Below, one piece after another: positions 17,559 through 26,940 of a stretch of DNA of 64,000 nt; the stretch's first letter is position 1, and each line of letters starts with the position of its first letter. The stretch is from NCBI GenBank assembly GCA_004558525.1, contig SFCQ01000005.1:5224-69223 (forward strand), given 5' to 3'. Source of the DNA: Clostridiales bacterium. Lineage in GTDB: Bacteria > Bacillota > Clostridia > Christensenellales > CAG-138. The notes beneath the pieces were generated by a model. The model searched no databases. It was not told the DNA's origin and was given only the letters and a program-made list of their open reading frames with translations. The translations under genes were made by a program, and so were the position numbers.

Positions 17559-18470
17559 TTACCAGAGCTTTTCTGTGTATACTCCCTTTGCCTTGAGCTG
17601 ACGGAGCTTTTCTACTACTATGGGCTTATCCTCTTTATGCGTAACGCCGAACCATGCATCGTGCGTGGATTCCACGCGCACGGTGCATTTGCCCTGCTCT
17701 ACCGCCCTGCATACGGCCACGGGGAGGAGATCCTCATATTTCATGGGATTCGCTTCAAGCCCCTTGGCTATGTTATGGCGGAAGCTTTCATCGAGTATAT
17801 CGAATATGCTGTTTGAAAAGCCCCAGCAGTTCATGGAAACCGTTGTCCCCCTGGGTATGGCTACGGCGGAGCCGTCATCCAGGGTGGCTATGGCTCCGGA
17901 ACCGGACTTGGCTATGCGCATACGCTCGACTATGGAGCTTAAACGGCCTTTTTCGTCAACCTCGCATACGCCCCTTGTGACCTCGCCATGCTCGGGCAAT
18001 GTGTTTTCAACAGGATAGCCTATGTTGATATGCTCATTTTGGCCGTGGGCAGAGGTGAGAAAGCCGTAAAGACGCTTAAAAGCCTCCGGCCCGTAATAAT
18101 CGTCCGCATTTATTACGGCGAACGGCCTTGTGCCCACCGCAGGACGCGCGCAAAGCACGGCGTGCGTGGTGCCGAGCGGCTTTTCGCGCCCTTCTGGGAG
18201 GGATACGCCCTCCGGCAGCATGGAAAGCTCCTGATAGGCATAATCAACTTTGATGAATTTTGAAACACGGTCGCCAATAGCGGCATGGAAGGCGCCGCTG
18301 ATGCCCCGCTTTATAAGGAACACTACCTCGTCAAAGCCGGCGCGGTGAGCGTCGAACACGCTGAAATCGATTATTATATGGCCTTCGTCGTCTATGGGGT
18401 CTATCTGTTTAAGGCTGCCGTAGCGGCTGCTCATGCCCGCCGCCATTATAACAAGCACAGGTTTTTCCAT
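17559..18470 (-). CDS. Sugar-phosphate nucleotidyltransferase family protein
   Basis: N-terminal VIMAAGMSSRYG..K signature (GxGtRxxxxxK type). Start chosen at MEKPV, with AAGGAG upstream. Confidence 0.8.
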   Translation of the reverse strand: MEKPVLVIMAAGMSSRYGSLKQIDPIDDEGHIIIDFSVFDAHRAGFDEVVFLIKRGISGAFHAAIGDRVSKFIKVDYAYQELSMLPEGVSLPEGREKPLGTTHAVLCARPAVGTRPFAVINADDYYGPEAFKRLYGFLTSAHGQNEHINIGYPVENTLPEHGEVTRGVCEVDEKGRLSSIVERMRIAKSGSGAIATLDDGSAVAIPRGTTVSMNCWGFSNSIFDILDESFRHNIAKGLEANPMKYEDLLPVAVCRAVEQGKCTVRVESTHDAWFGVTHKEDKPIVVEKLRQLKAKGVYTEKLW

Positions 18471-18638
18471 TTTTTGAAAACATCTCCTTATCATGATTTT
18501 CAGGTTTGCTTCCTTGATTATAACACGGACAAAGCGATTATGGGAATAAGCATAGCCGCTGTATAAGCCAAAGAAGTGTGGGAATAATACAGCTATGATG
18601 CGTCGGCATGGCCGACAGCCAATAAGGAGGCATAAACA

Positions 18639-19097
18639 ATGAAAAAAACGCTTATTCTGGTGTGTGCGGCTCTGCTTGCGGCGGCTATGCTTGGCTGCAC
18701 GGGCAACAAGCTGCCCACGACACCGGCGCCTATGGTCTCGCCTACGGTCAAACCGAGTCCTGTGCAGACCATAGTACCTACGCCGACCGCTGCGGTTTCG
18801 CCAACGGCTGAGGCAAGCCCCACGGCAGGAACCTCTCCCGCGGCGGGCAACGAAACGATAGAGGGCTTTAAGGAAGGCGAAAAGATAGAGCCTGACAAGC
18901 TGCCCGAAAAGGTTACCGCTGCCATAAAGGAGAAATATGCAGATGCCAAGATAACCGGCGCCACCTACGCCACATATATGGAGGGGCAGACATATCTTGT
19001 TACCCTTTCAGGCGCGGGAGAGGGAGTGGACAAGGTGTATGTAAATCCCGACGGCACTATTATTCCCTACAAGGCGCAGTCTACAGCCAAACCATAA
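18639..19097 (+). CDS. Lipoprotein with a Pro/Thr-rich linker and a small C-terminal globular domain
   Basis: Lipobox AMLGC, a PT-rich low-complexity region, and RBS AAGGAGG. Confidence 0.7.
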   Translation: MKKTLILVCAALLAAAMLGCTGNKLPTTPAPMVSPTVKPSPVQTIVPTPTAAVSPTAEASPTAGTSPAAGNETIEGFKEGEKIEPDKLPEKVTAAIKEKYADAKITGATYATYMEGQTYLVTLSGAGEGVDKVYVNPDGTIIPYKAQSTAKP

Positions 19098-19166
19098 ACA
19101 TAACGGTTGGCGAAAAGGTGGGAATGCCCCCACCTTTTTCTGTTGCTGCCTGCTTACAAATACAGA

Positions 19167-19646
19167 TTATCTTTTGCCGAAAAGCTTGGCCATAGGCTCA
19201 ACTATGGCTGCAAAATCCTCTATGCTTTTGTTAAGGCTTTCAACATCAAACTGAGAAATAACGTTAAGCGCCCTGTGCATTTCCTCAAGCGAAGCTTCAA
19301 CATCGCCCAAAGCTGCGCTCAATGTGTATTTGCCCTGCTCTGCAAGCTCGTTTATGCTTTCGCTCATGCCGGCAAAATCGACCTGATTCAGCGTTTTTGC
19401 AACGCTGTTCAGCTCGCATGCAGCCTTGTTGGCGTTATCGAGCGTTGCGGCGGCCTTGGGTATAAGCACGCAGCACAGCACGGCTATGCTGACGGCAAAT
19501 ACGGAAAGCGCTATCATTATAACATAAGATCTTAAGCGGATAAGCTTTCTGTCGGCTTCGCTGTTTTCCGCTATGCGCCTGAGAAGCGATAGCATCTCTT
19601 CATCTTTTGGCAGGTTTGCTGCTGCGGTCTGGACTGCGGTTTCCAT
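19167..19646 (-). CDS. Single-pass membrane protein, coiled-coil ectodomain, unknown function
   Basis: One TM helix (VIMIALSVFAVSIAVLCCVLI). ORF with host-type codons. Confidence 0.55.
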   Translation of the reverse strand: METAVQTAAANLPKDEEMLSLLRRIAENSEADRKLIRLRSYVIMIALSVFAVSIAVLCCVLIPKAAATLDNANKAACELNSVAKTLNQVDFAGMSESINELAEQGKYTLSAALGDVEASLEEMHRALNVISQFDVESLNKSIEDFAAIVEPMAKLFGKR

Positions 19647-19727
19647 TTATTGCTCCTCCTGAATGATGATTGTATTAAGGCGGCAGGAATACTTAGTGCT
19701 GAAAAAGCTGAGCATGGCCTATGGCGG

Positions 19728-20975
19728 CTACTCTTCCGCCTTTACGCTGTTGCGGAAGGATTGCGGGGTCATAAGCTTTTGCTTCACAAAGTGGCGCGAA
19801 AGCGTCTTGGTATTATGATAGCCTACCTCAAGCGCAACGTCCATAACGCTCATATTGGTGGAAAGCAAAAGCTCGCTTGCCCTGTTTATGCGCACGGAAT
19901 TGAGGTATTCGTCAAAGTTCTTTTCCACCTGATACATAAGTATCCTGTTAAGCTCAGGCACGCTCATGCCAAAGCGCGAGGCGGTGCTCTGCGCGGTAAG
20001 GTCCTCCTTATAATAGCGGTAGATATAGCGCACTATCTCATACGCCATGCGGCTTTCTTCCACCTTGCATATCTCGCCGACCCTTGCGTAGGTCTTTCTG
20101 TATTCGTTTATCCTCATGCCGACCCTTGCCGAAAACACCTTGGATATATGCGAAGCGTCAACATAGCCCAATATTTCCGCAAGCTCCTCCACCGTAAAAT
20201 CCGTATAAAGAAGATAGTTAGCCGTTTTGCCTATGCGCATCTCGTTGCGGAGATCGACGAAGGAAAGGCCGGTAAGCCCCGTTATGTATGCGCTTATGCT
20301 GCCCTCAGACATATAAAACACGCGTGAAAGCATGGATAAGGTGAGCTTTTTGTTGCAGTGGGCGTACATGTAGCGCAGTATCTCGCTCCTGTCCGGAACA
20401 TCGTCCTGCTCCATATAGCCGCTTGCGCCGCTGTGCGCGCAGCAGCGCTCATACAGCACAACAAGCTCGACCAGCTTGTTCATAACATATATGCTGCCAA
20501 GCGGCTTGGCCGCGCTTTCAAGTGTGGATTCCATGCCAAGCTCGTCCCTTAACGCCATGAACAGCCTTTCTATTTGCGCACCCATACTCTTTTCGGGCAT
20601 TATGACGGGGGAAGCCGCAACGTCCCGCATCCAGGCCACGGGAAGCCCGCCGGCATCGTAAAACGACTTCATCACCCTGTTGAGCGTGTCCAGATGATAG
20701 ACAAGCAGGGAATACTGCAAAGGTTCCTCAACGGCCGTTACCGTGGTTATCTGCCACGGCAGCACCGCCACGAGCGAGCCGGGCGCGAGCTTATAGGGCT
20801 TTGACTGTATCGTTATTTCGCCGCGGCCCTTTCTTATCAGCAGGAAGCGCGCCTCCTGATGTATAAGGGGCCTTGTCGGCTTTTCTATGACCTCGTGATC
20901 GAAGCTTGCAAGCTTGCTTTGGTCAAGGCGCGACCTTGCCATGGATTGTATCTGCACTATGTCAGGCATGGGCAT
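19728..20975 (-). CDS. AraC-family transcriptional regulator with a cupin sensor domain and two complete AraC-type HTH domains
   Basis: Cupin-like N-terminus (LLIRKGRGEITI). First HTH domain is ILRYMYAHCNKKLT..INEYRKTY. Second is IVRYIYRYYKEDLT..TPQSFRNS. Confidence 0.85.
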   Translation of the reverse strand: MPMPDIVQIQSMARSRLDQSKLASFDHEVIEKPTRPLIHQEARFLLIRKGRGEITIQSKPYKLAPGSLVAVLPWQITTVTAVEEPLQYSLLVYHLDTLNRVMKSFYDAGGLPVAWMRDVAASPVIMPEKSMGAQIERLFMALRDELGMESTLESAAKPLGSIYVMNKLVELVVLYERCCAHSGASGYMEQDDVPDRSEILRYMYAHCNKKLTLSMLSRVFYMSEGSISAYITGLTGLSFVDLRNEMRIGKTANYLLYTDFTVEELAEILGYVDASHISKVFSARVGMRINEYRKTYARVGEICKVEESRMAYEIVRYIYRYYKEDLTAQSTASRFGMSVPELNRILMYQVEKNFDEYLNSVRINRASELLLSTNMSVMDVALEVGYHNTKTLSRHFVKQKLMTPQSFRNSVKAEE

Positions 20976-21346
20976 ACTCCAAATAAATGCATTGCTTGGT
21001 ATAACAATAATATATTAGCCTAACCGCCTAGGCTTTTCAATATTAAAAGGACAAAATTAAGGAATTTTATTGTATTTTATTTTGATATAACAGTGTCCGA
21101 ACATCGGGCGGCGGGCGCCGTGAAACGCGCATGTGCGGCGGATATGTGTCCGCTGCCGGCGGAATGGGGAGCGAGCAAGAGCTGAAAGCAGAATCAAAAA
21201 CGGCCGTTTATTACATTGAAAGCTCAAAGCGCGTGTCTCATGGCAAAATACAATAAGTTGTATAATAACATATAAGAGCAATATCACTATTTATCATCAT
21301 GGATATCATGGAAAAACGCAACAAAATAATACGGAGGTCAAAACAA

Positions 21347-22393
21347 ATGGACAATATCAGGGTTGCTGTGTGGGGCTTCGGCGCTATGGGCGGCGGCATA
21401 GCTAGGGTGCTGCTCGATAAAAAGGGCGTTGAGATAACCGGCGTATGCGACATACACCCTCAGCGCGTGGGCAGGAGCATATTTGAGCTTTTGAACGTTG
21501 AGCGCGGGGACAGGAAGGACGTGCTCGTTTGCGACGACATTAACAAGGTAGCGGCAAAGGGCGCGGCTGACATATGCGTCATAGCGACGGACTCATTTAC
21601 AAAAAAGGTGTTCCCCAAAATAAAGCTTGTTGTTGAAAACGGCATAAATGTTGTATGCACGGCTGAAGAGATGAGCTACCCAAAGGCCAACCAGCCCGAG
21701 CTTGCCGCGGAGATGGACGTCCTTGCAAAGGCCAACGGCGTATCCATACTTGGCACGGGCATAAACCCGGGCCTGATGATGGATCTGCTTGCGGTATGCC
21801 TTACCGGCTGCATGACCAATGTTGAAAGCGTGCAGTGCCGCAGGGTCAACAGCCTTTCGCCCTTTGGGCCGGCGGTAATGGAGGAGCAGGGCGTGGGGTT
21901 AAGCGTTAAGGCGTTCGAGCAGGGCGTTGAGGACGGCAGCCTTGCCGGCCACGTCGGCTTTGCGGAATCCGTTGGCATGATAGCGGAGGCGCTTGGCTGG
22001 AAGGTGGACAAATTTGAGCAGCAGATGAAGCCCATAGTCACCACCGTTGACCGCAAATCGCCCTATGGCTTTGCCAAGGCGGGAGACGTTGCGGGCGTGA
22101 ACATGACCGGTCAGGGCTATGTTAACGGCGAGATAAAGATAGACATGATACACCCGCAGCAGATAGAGCCGGAGATGGAAGGCACCCACACCGGCGACTA
22201 CATAGTGCTCAAGGGCACCCCCAACGTAAACATGGCGATAAATCCCGAGGTGGACGGCGGCATAGGCACCATAGCCATGATAGTGAACATGATACCGCAC
22301 GTTATAAACGCGCGCCCGGGCCTTAAGACCATGCTTGACCTGCCCGTGCCGCGCGCGATAATGGGCGACATGCGCGACATGATAGAAAGATAA
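21347..22393 (+). CDS. ord: 2,4-diaminopentanoate dehydrogenase
   Basis: Rossmann start IRVAVWGFGAMGGG. DapB-like fold and size. Position at the head of the ort/ora cluster. GGAGG RBS. Confidence 0.8.
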   Translation: MDNIRVAVWGFGAMGGGIARVLLDKKGVEITGVCDIHPQRVGRSIFELLNVERGDRKDVLVCDDINKVAAKGAADICVIATDSFTKKVFPKIKLVVENGINVVCTAEEMSYPKANQPELAAEMDVLAKANGVSILGTGINPGLMMDLLAVCLTGCMTNVESVQCRRVNSLSPFGPAVMEEQGVGLSVKAFEQGVEDGSLAGHVGFAESVGMIAEALGWKVDKFEQQMKPIVTTVDRKSPYGFAKAGDVAGVNMTGQGYVNGEIKIDMIHPQQIEPEMEGTHTGDYIVLKGTPNVNMAINPEVDGGIGTIAMIVNMIPHVINARPGLKTMLDLPVPRAIMGDMRDMIER

Positions 22394-22459
22394 GGATAAC
22401 TATTCAGCTTGGGCTGAACAACTGAAAAGATAGCTTAATGAATTTTTTCGGAGGCAAAA

Positions 22460-22762
22460 ATGGCTAAAAAAGGCGACTGGGTATTGACCCACAGCATAGT
22501 GCTGACACCGGAGCAGAGGGCGGCGCAGGTACCCGAGGATACGCACAGGGTCCCCCTTGAAATGTGGATAAAGGGAAGGCTGACTGAAGATGCGGAAATA
22601 GGAGATACCGTTGAGATAGTCACAAGAACCCAAAGACGCGTTAAGGGCAGGCTTATCGAGGTGAATCCCCGCTATACTCACGACTACGGCGAGTTCGTGC
22701 CGGAACTGCTTGAGATAGGCGACACGGTGCGCGGCATACTTTTCGGAGGTGACGGCAAATGA
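22460..22762 (+). CDS. ortA: 2-amino-4-ketopentanoate thiolase, alpha subunit
   Basis: 100-aa protein (KGDWV..RVPLEMWIKG..) directly upstream of ortB and overlapping it, as in the Clostridium sticklandii cluster. Confidence 0.8.
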   Translation: MAKKGDWVLTHSIVLTPEQRAAQVPEDTHRVPLEMWIKGRLTEDAEIGDTVEIVTRTQRRVKGRLIEVNPRYTHDYGEFVPELLEIGDTVRGILFGGDGK

Positions 22763-24162
22763 AGGACGTAAGCTACGATGCGATAATGAGCCGCAAGGCG
22801 GAGATAATAAAGGCCGCCGTAGGCATGGATTATTCAAGGTTCGAGTCCGGCTCAATAGCGTTTGACTATGAGGGCATGATGAAGGCCACGGGCTTTGACA
22901 TAAACGAGGTGCGCCGCATACAGGAAAGCTTCTCGATAGGCCACACGCCGCTTATAGAGCTTAAAAACATAACAGCCCTTGCGAGGAAGATGGCTCCCAA
23001 GGGGAAGGGCGCAAGGATATTCATTAAGGATGAAGCCGCCAACCCAAGCGGAAGCTTTAAGGCCAGAAGGGCCGCAACGAGCATATATACCGCCAGGGAG
23101 ATGGGCTACAAGGGCGCGCTTGCCGCGACAAGCGGAAACTACGGCGCGGCTGTCGCATCCATATGCGCAATGGCCGGGCTTAAGTGCATAATAGTGCAGG
23201 AATGCTACGATTCAAGGTATGTGGGCCAGCCCGAGATAATTGAAAAAGCCAGAAAGTGCGAGGCGTTCGGCGCGGAGGTCGTGCAGCTCACCGTCGGGCC
23301 GGAGCTTTTCTATGAGGCGCTGCGTCTACTTGAGGAGACAGGCTACTTCAACGCGTCGCTCTATACGCCGTATGGCATAATAGGCGTCGAGACGCTCGGC
23401 TACGAGATAGTTGAGCAGTTCCGCGACAGGTTTGGCAAGGATCCGGACGCGGTGGTTTGCACCAACGCAGGCGGCGGCAACCTTACCGGTACCGCAAGGG
23501 GGCTTAGGAAGGCCGGCTGCAGCGCAAAGGTAATAGCCGCAAGCGTTAACCTGAGTGGACTCCATATGGCAAGCGATACCCAGTTCAACAGGAAGTCCTT
23601 TACCACAGGCCACACCGGCTTCGGCATGCCCTTTTCCACCTGGCCGGACAGGAGCGACGTGCCGAGGAGCGCCGCACGGCCGCTGAGGTACATGGACCGC
23701 TACGTTACCGTTGCCCAGGGCGAGGTGTTCTATATGACAGAGATGCTCGCATCGCTTGAAGGCCTTGAGCGCGGACCTGCCGGCGATACGTCGCTTGCGG
23801 CAGCGTTCAGCGTAGCTCAGGAGATGGACGAGGATCAGTGCATAGTCGTTCAGGAGACCGAGTACACCGGCGCGGGCAAGCACGTCAATCCTCAGCTTGC
23901 GTTCGCCCGCAAGAACGGCATAGACATACGCTTTGGCGATCCTAAGGACGAGACGCCGGGCACAAACATAATACTGCCCGCCCATCCCTCGCTTATAAAG
24001 GCCCGCGATGTGGACATAGACCATATGCGCCGTTCGCTTATAAAGAACGCCATAGCAAGCGTACATCACGCGCCCACAAAGCAGGACATGGAATTCCTTG
24101 CTCAGGAGGTGCAGCGCGACGTGCCTTATGTTGAAAAGGTGATGGCGGAGCTTAAAAAGTAA
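22759..24162 (+). CDS. ortB: 2-amino-4-ketopentanoate thiolase, beta subunit (PLP, Trp-synthase-beta fold)
   Basis: PSGSFKARRA PLP-lysine motif and SGNYGAA. 467 aa. Confidence 0.85.
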   Translation: MKDVSYDAIMSRKAEIIKAAVGMDYSRFESGSIAFDYEGMMKATGFDINEVRRIQESFSIGHTPLIELKNITALARKMAPKGKGARIFIKDEAANPSGSFKARRAATSIYTAREMGYKGALAATSGNYGAAVASICAMAGLKCIIVQECYDSRYVGQPEIIEKARKCEAFGAEVVQLTVGPELFYEALRLLEETGYFNASLYTPYGIIGVETLGYEIVEQFRDRFGKDPDAVVCTNAGGGNLTGTARGLRKAGCSAKVIAASVNLSGLHMASDTQFNRKSFTTGHTGFGMPFSTWPDRSDVPRSAARPLRYMDRYVTVAQGEVFYMTEMLASLEGLERGPAGDTSLAAAFSVAQEMDEDQCIVVQETEYTGAGKHVNPQLAFARKNGIDIRFGDPKDETPGTNIILPAHPSLIKARDVDIDHMRRSLIKNAIASVHHAPTKQDMEFLAQEVQRDVPYVEKVMAELKK

Positions 24163-24257
24163 GCGCCGGATATCCGGCGGACGAATGCCGCCTTACCTGA
24201 TGCATAAAACGGGCGAGGCGGCGGACACAACATATTTTATCGGGAGGAGATCGAATA

Positions 24258-24608
24258 ATGAAAAGAGAGGACGATTTTGAGAGCCGCAGGGCGAGCGTTG
24301 CCAATCTTAGCGACAAAGAGCTTGAGCAGCGTTTCTGGTCGCTTGCGGAGCAGATCGTAGACCCGCTTTTGAAGCTTGGGTATGAGAACACTTCGCCGGC
24401 CATAGAGAGGAGCGTGCTGCTGCGCATGGGCTTTTCATCCATAGAAGCTAAGGCAATAGTTAACGGCTGCATAGAGCGCAACCTGCTTGGCCACGGCGCA
24501 GGCAACGTTGTTTACAGGCTGAGCAAGGCAAGGAGCATGGACTATATAGAAGCCGGCAAGGCCCTTTGCGAAGGCAGGCTTTGGGACGAAGCCGCGGCGC
24601 AGTTCTAA
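24258..24608 (+). CDS. oraS: D-ornithine 4,5-aminomutase, S subunit
   Basis: 116 aa, directly upstream of the large B12/PLP subunit. Confidence 0.8.
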   Translation: MKREDDFESRRASVANLSDKELEQRFWSLAEQIVDPLLKLGYENTSPAIERSVLLRMGFSSIEAKAIVNGCIERNLLGHGAGNVVYRLSKARSMDYIEAGKALCEGRLWDEAAAQF

Positions 24609-24620
24609 CGGAGGTACGGC

Positions 24621-26843
24621 ATGAGCGAATATAAACTTGATCCGGAAAAGAATATCGACGTTTCCGAAATACTTAAGGACCTTGAGCATTATCACCCGCG
24701 CCGCCACGGCTGGACATGGCGCAAGCCGGCGCCCGGGCTGAAGCTGGGCCAATTCACATATGAGGATTGCTCCGAGCCGCTCAAGCGCAGCGTTCCGCTG
24801 CCGCCGGCGCACTACTTTGACGATATAGACCCGCAGCCGCTGCCGGTAATAACCACGGAAATAGCCTCCGGCCGCTTTGAGGACGATATACGCCGCATGC
24901 GCCTTGCCGCGCACCACGGCGCGGACCACATAATGGTAATACGCACGGCCGGACAAAGCCACTTTGACGGGCTTATAGAGGGTACCCCGCAGGGCATGGG
25001 CGGCATACCTGTTACAAGAAAGCAGGTACGCGCACAGCGCAAGGCGCTTGACATGATAGAGGACGAGGTAGGGCGCCCGATAAACTACCATAGCTATGTT
25101 TCCGGCGTCGCCGGGCCGGATATAGCCGTTATGTTCGCAGAGGAAGGCGTTAACGGCGTGCATCAGGACCCGCAGTACAACGTTATATACAGAAACATAA
25201 ACATGATAAGGAGCTTTGTTGACGCCTGCGAGAGCAAGAAGCTGATCGCCTGGGCGGGACAGGCCCAGATAGACGGCGCGCACAACGCCAACGCCACGGC
25301 GAGGGACGCATGGAAGGTAATGCCCGAGCTTATGGTGCAGCATGCCATAAACGCCATATTCTCGGCCAAGGTAGGCGTGGATAAGAAGAACATCTGCCTT
25401 TCCACCGTGCCGCCTACGGCGACGCCGGCGCCCTGCATACACATTGACCTGCCGTATGCCGTTGCGCTTCGCGACCTGTTCCACGAATACCGCATGAGGG
25501 CGCAGATGAACACCAAGTACATAGAGTCCTCAACAAGGGAAGCTACCGTTACCCATGTGCTGAACATGATAATATCCAAGCTTACCAGCGCGGATATACA
25601 ATCCACCATAACCCCTGACGAGGGCCGGAACGTGCCATGGCACATATACAACATAGAGGCCTGCGACACGGCAAAGCAGGCGCTTGTAGGCATGGACGGG
25701 CTTATGGAGATGGTCGAGCTTAAGAAGGACGGCTATCTCAGGGATAAGGCCAGGGAGCTTAAGGAGCGCGCGGTGCTCTTCCTTGAGGAGATGGTTGAGA
25801 TGGGCGGCTACTTCAACGCGGTGGAAGCCGGTATGTTCGTAGACAGCGGCATGTTCCCCGAGCGCAACAACGACGGCATAGCAAGGAAGATAGACGGCGG
25901 AATAGGCGCAGGCACCATAGTCAGGCGCGAGGAGGACTACATGGCCCCCGTTACCGCGCACTACGGCTACAACAACATAGCCCAGTACGGCGCGGCCAAC
26001 CCGAGCGACCTCATAGGCGGCTGCACGCTTGAAAAGCCGGAAAAGATAGTGTTCATAGACGAGCTGGACGAGGAGGATAACTGCAACGTGCGCATGGGCG
26101 AGGTGAAGGATTTTGCCCAGCCAGGCGCAAAGCTGATAAGGCCCGAAATGGAATGGCTCGCCGACGGAACGATAATGCTAACAATGTTCTTCCCCGCCGA
26201 TAAGCGCATAGCCGAGGCTGCGGCGATAGAGTGCTGCCGCAAGATGGGGCTGACCGACATAGAGGTCATCTCCAAGGAGATAATGCATCCCGCGGAAGGC
26301 ACGCGCATAGAGGCTAAGGGCAAGGTGCCATTCAGCATAGAGATAGACAAGCTCGTGCTTCCACAGGAGCCTGACGTGATGAGCGACGATGAGATACGCG
26401 CCGACATAGAGCGCAGGCTCATGAAGGTTGTGTGCGGCACGGTGGGCGAGGATGAGCACAGCGTCGGCCTTAGGGAGATAATAGACATAAAGCACGGCGG
26501 CATAGAGAAGTACGGGATAGAGGTGCATTACCTGGGCACCAGCGTTCCCCCTGAAAAGCTTGTTAACGCCGCAATAGAGCTGGATGCGGACGCTATGCTT
26601 GCCTCCACCATAATCAGCCATGACGATATTCACTATAAGAACATAGCCAAGATAAACCGCATCGCAACAGAGATGGGCGTGCGCGACAGGCTGATATTCG
26701 TGGCGGGCGGCACGCAGGTGGCCTCCGCGCAGGCAAGGGCTAACGGCGCGGACGAAGGCTTTGGCCGCGGCAGCCACGGCAACCATGTTGCCACCTTCCT
26801 TGTGAAGAGGCGCAGGGAGCTTGAGGCTGAGGGCAGGATGTAA
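24621..26843 (+). CDS. oraE: D-ornithine 4,5-aminomutase, E subunit (PLP TIM barrel plus C-terminal B12-binding Rossmann domain)
   Basis: 740 aa. The C-terminal domain has a DxHxxG-type region (GEDEHSVGLREI). Consistent with lysine/ornithine aminomutase architecture. Confidence 0.85.
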   Translation: MSEYKLDPEKNIDVSEILKDLEHYHPRRHGWTWRKPAPGLKLGQFTYEDCSEPLKRSVPLPPAHYFDDIDPQPLPVITTEIASGRFEDDIRRMRLAAHHGADHIMVIRTAGQSHFDGLIEGTPQGMGGIPVTRKQVRAQRKALDMIEDEVGRPINYHSYVSGVAGPDIAVMFAEEGVNGVHQDPQYNVIYRNINMIRSFVDACESKKLIAWAGQAQIDGAHNANATARDAWKVMPELMVQHAINAIFSAKVGVDKKNICLSTVPPTATPAPCIHIDLPYAVALRDLFHEYRMRAQMNTKYIESSTREATVTHVLNMIISKLTSADIQSTITPDEGRNVPWHIYNIEACDTAKQALVGMDGLMEMVELKKDGYLRDKARELKERAVLFLEEMVEMGGYFNAVEAGMFVDSGMFPERNNDGIARKIDGGIGAGTIVRREEDYMAPVTAHYGYNNIAQYGAANPSDLIGGCTLEKPEKIVFIDELDEEDNCNVRMGEVKDFAQPGAKLIRPEMEWLADGTIMLTMFFPADKRIAEAAAIECCRKMGLTDIEVISKEIMHPAEGTRIEAKGKVPFSIEIDKLVLPQEPDVMSDDEIRADIERRLMKVVCGTVGEDEHSVGLREIIDIKHGGIEKYGIEVHYLGTSVPPEKLVNAAIELDADAMLASTIISHDDIHYKNIAKINRIATEMGVRDRLIFVAGGTQVASAQARANGADEGFGRGSHGNHVATFLVKRRRELEAEGRM

Positions 26844-26940
26844 TCAGCTATAAACGGGTGTGAAGAGTATATGGAGGGGGGAAAAAGGAACCCTCCTCCC
26901 ATATAGTGCAGCATGAGGTTTTATTCTATGGCAGGTGCGG

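Noticed and set aside
20976-21346. Cobalamin riboswitch upstream of the B12-dependent ornithine operon. The 24163-24257 and 26844-26940 intra-operon spacers were also checked.
   Set aside because: No B12-box-like sequence (GCCACTG / AGYCMGGAGACCKGCC type) was seen on either strand. Only local palindromes are present, for example CGCCGGATATCCGGCG at 24165-24180. A covariance-model scan would be needed to be certain.
22838-22848. A tRNA T-arm-like GGTTCGAGTCC string.
   Set aside because: It lies inside the ortB coding frame (..SRFESGS..) with no acceptor or anticodon stem context. No tRNA was found in any intergenic region.
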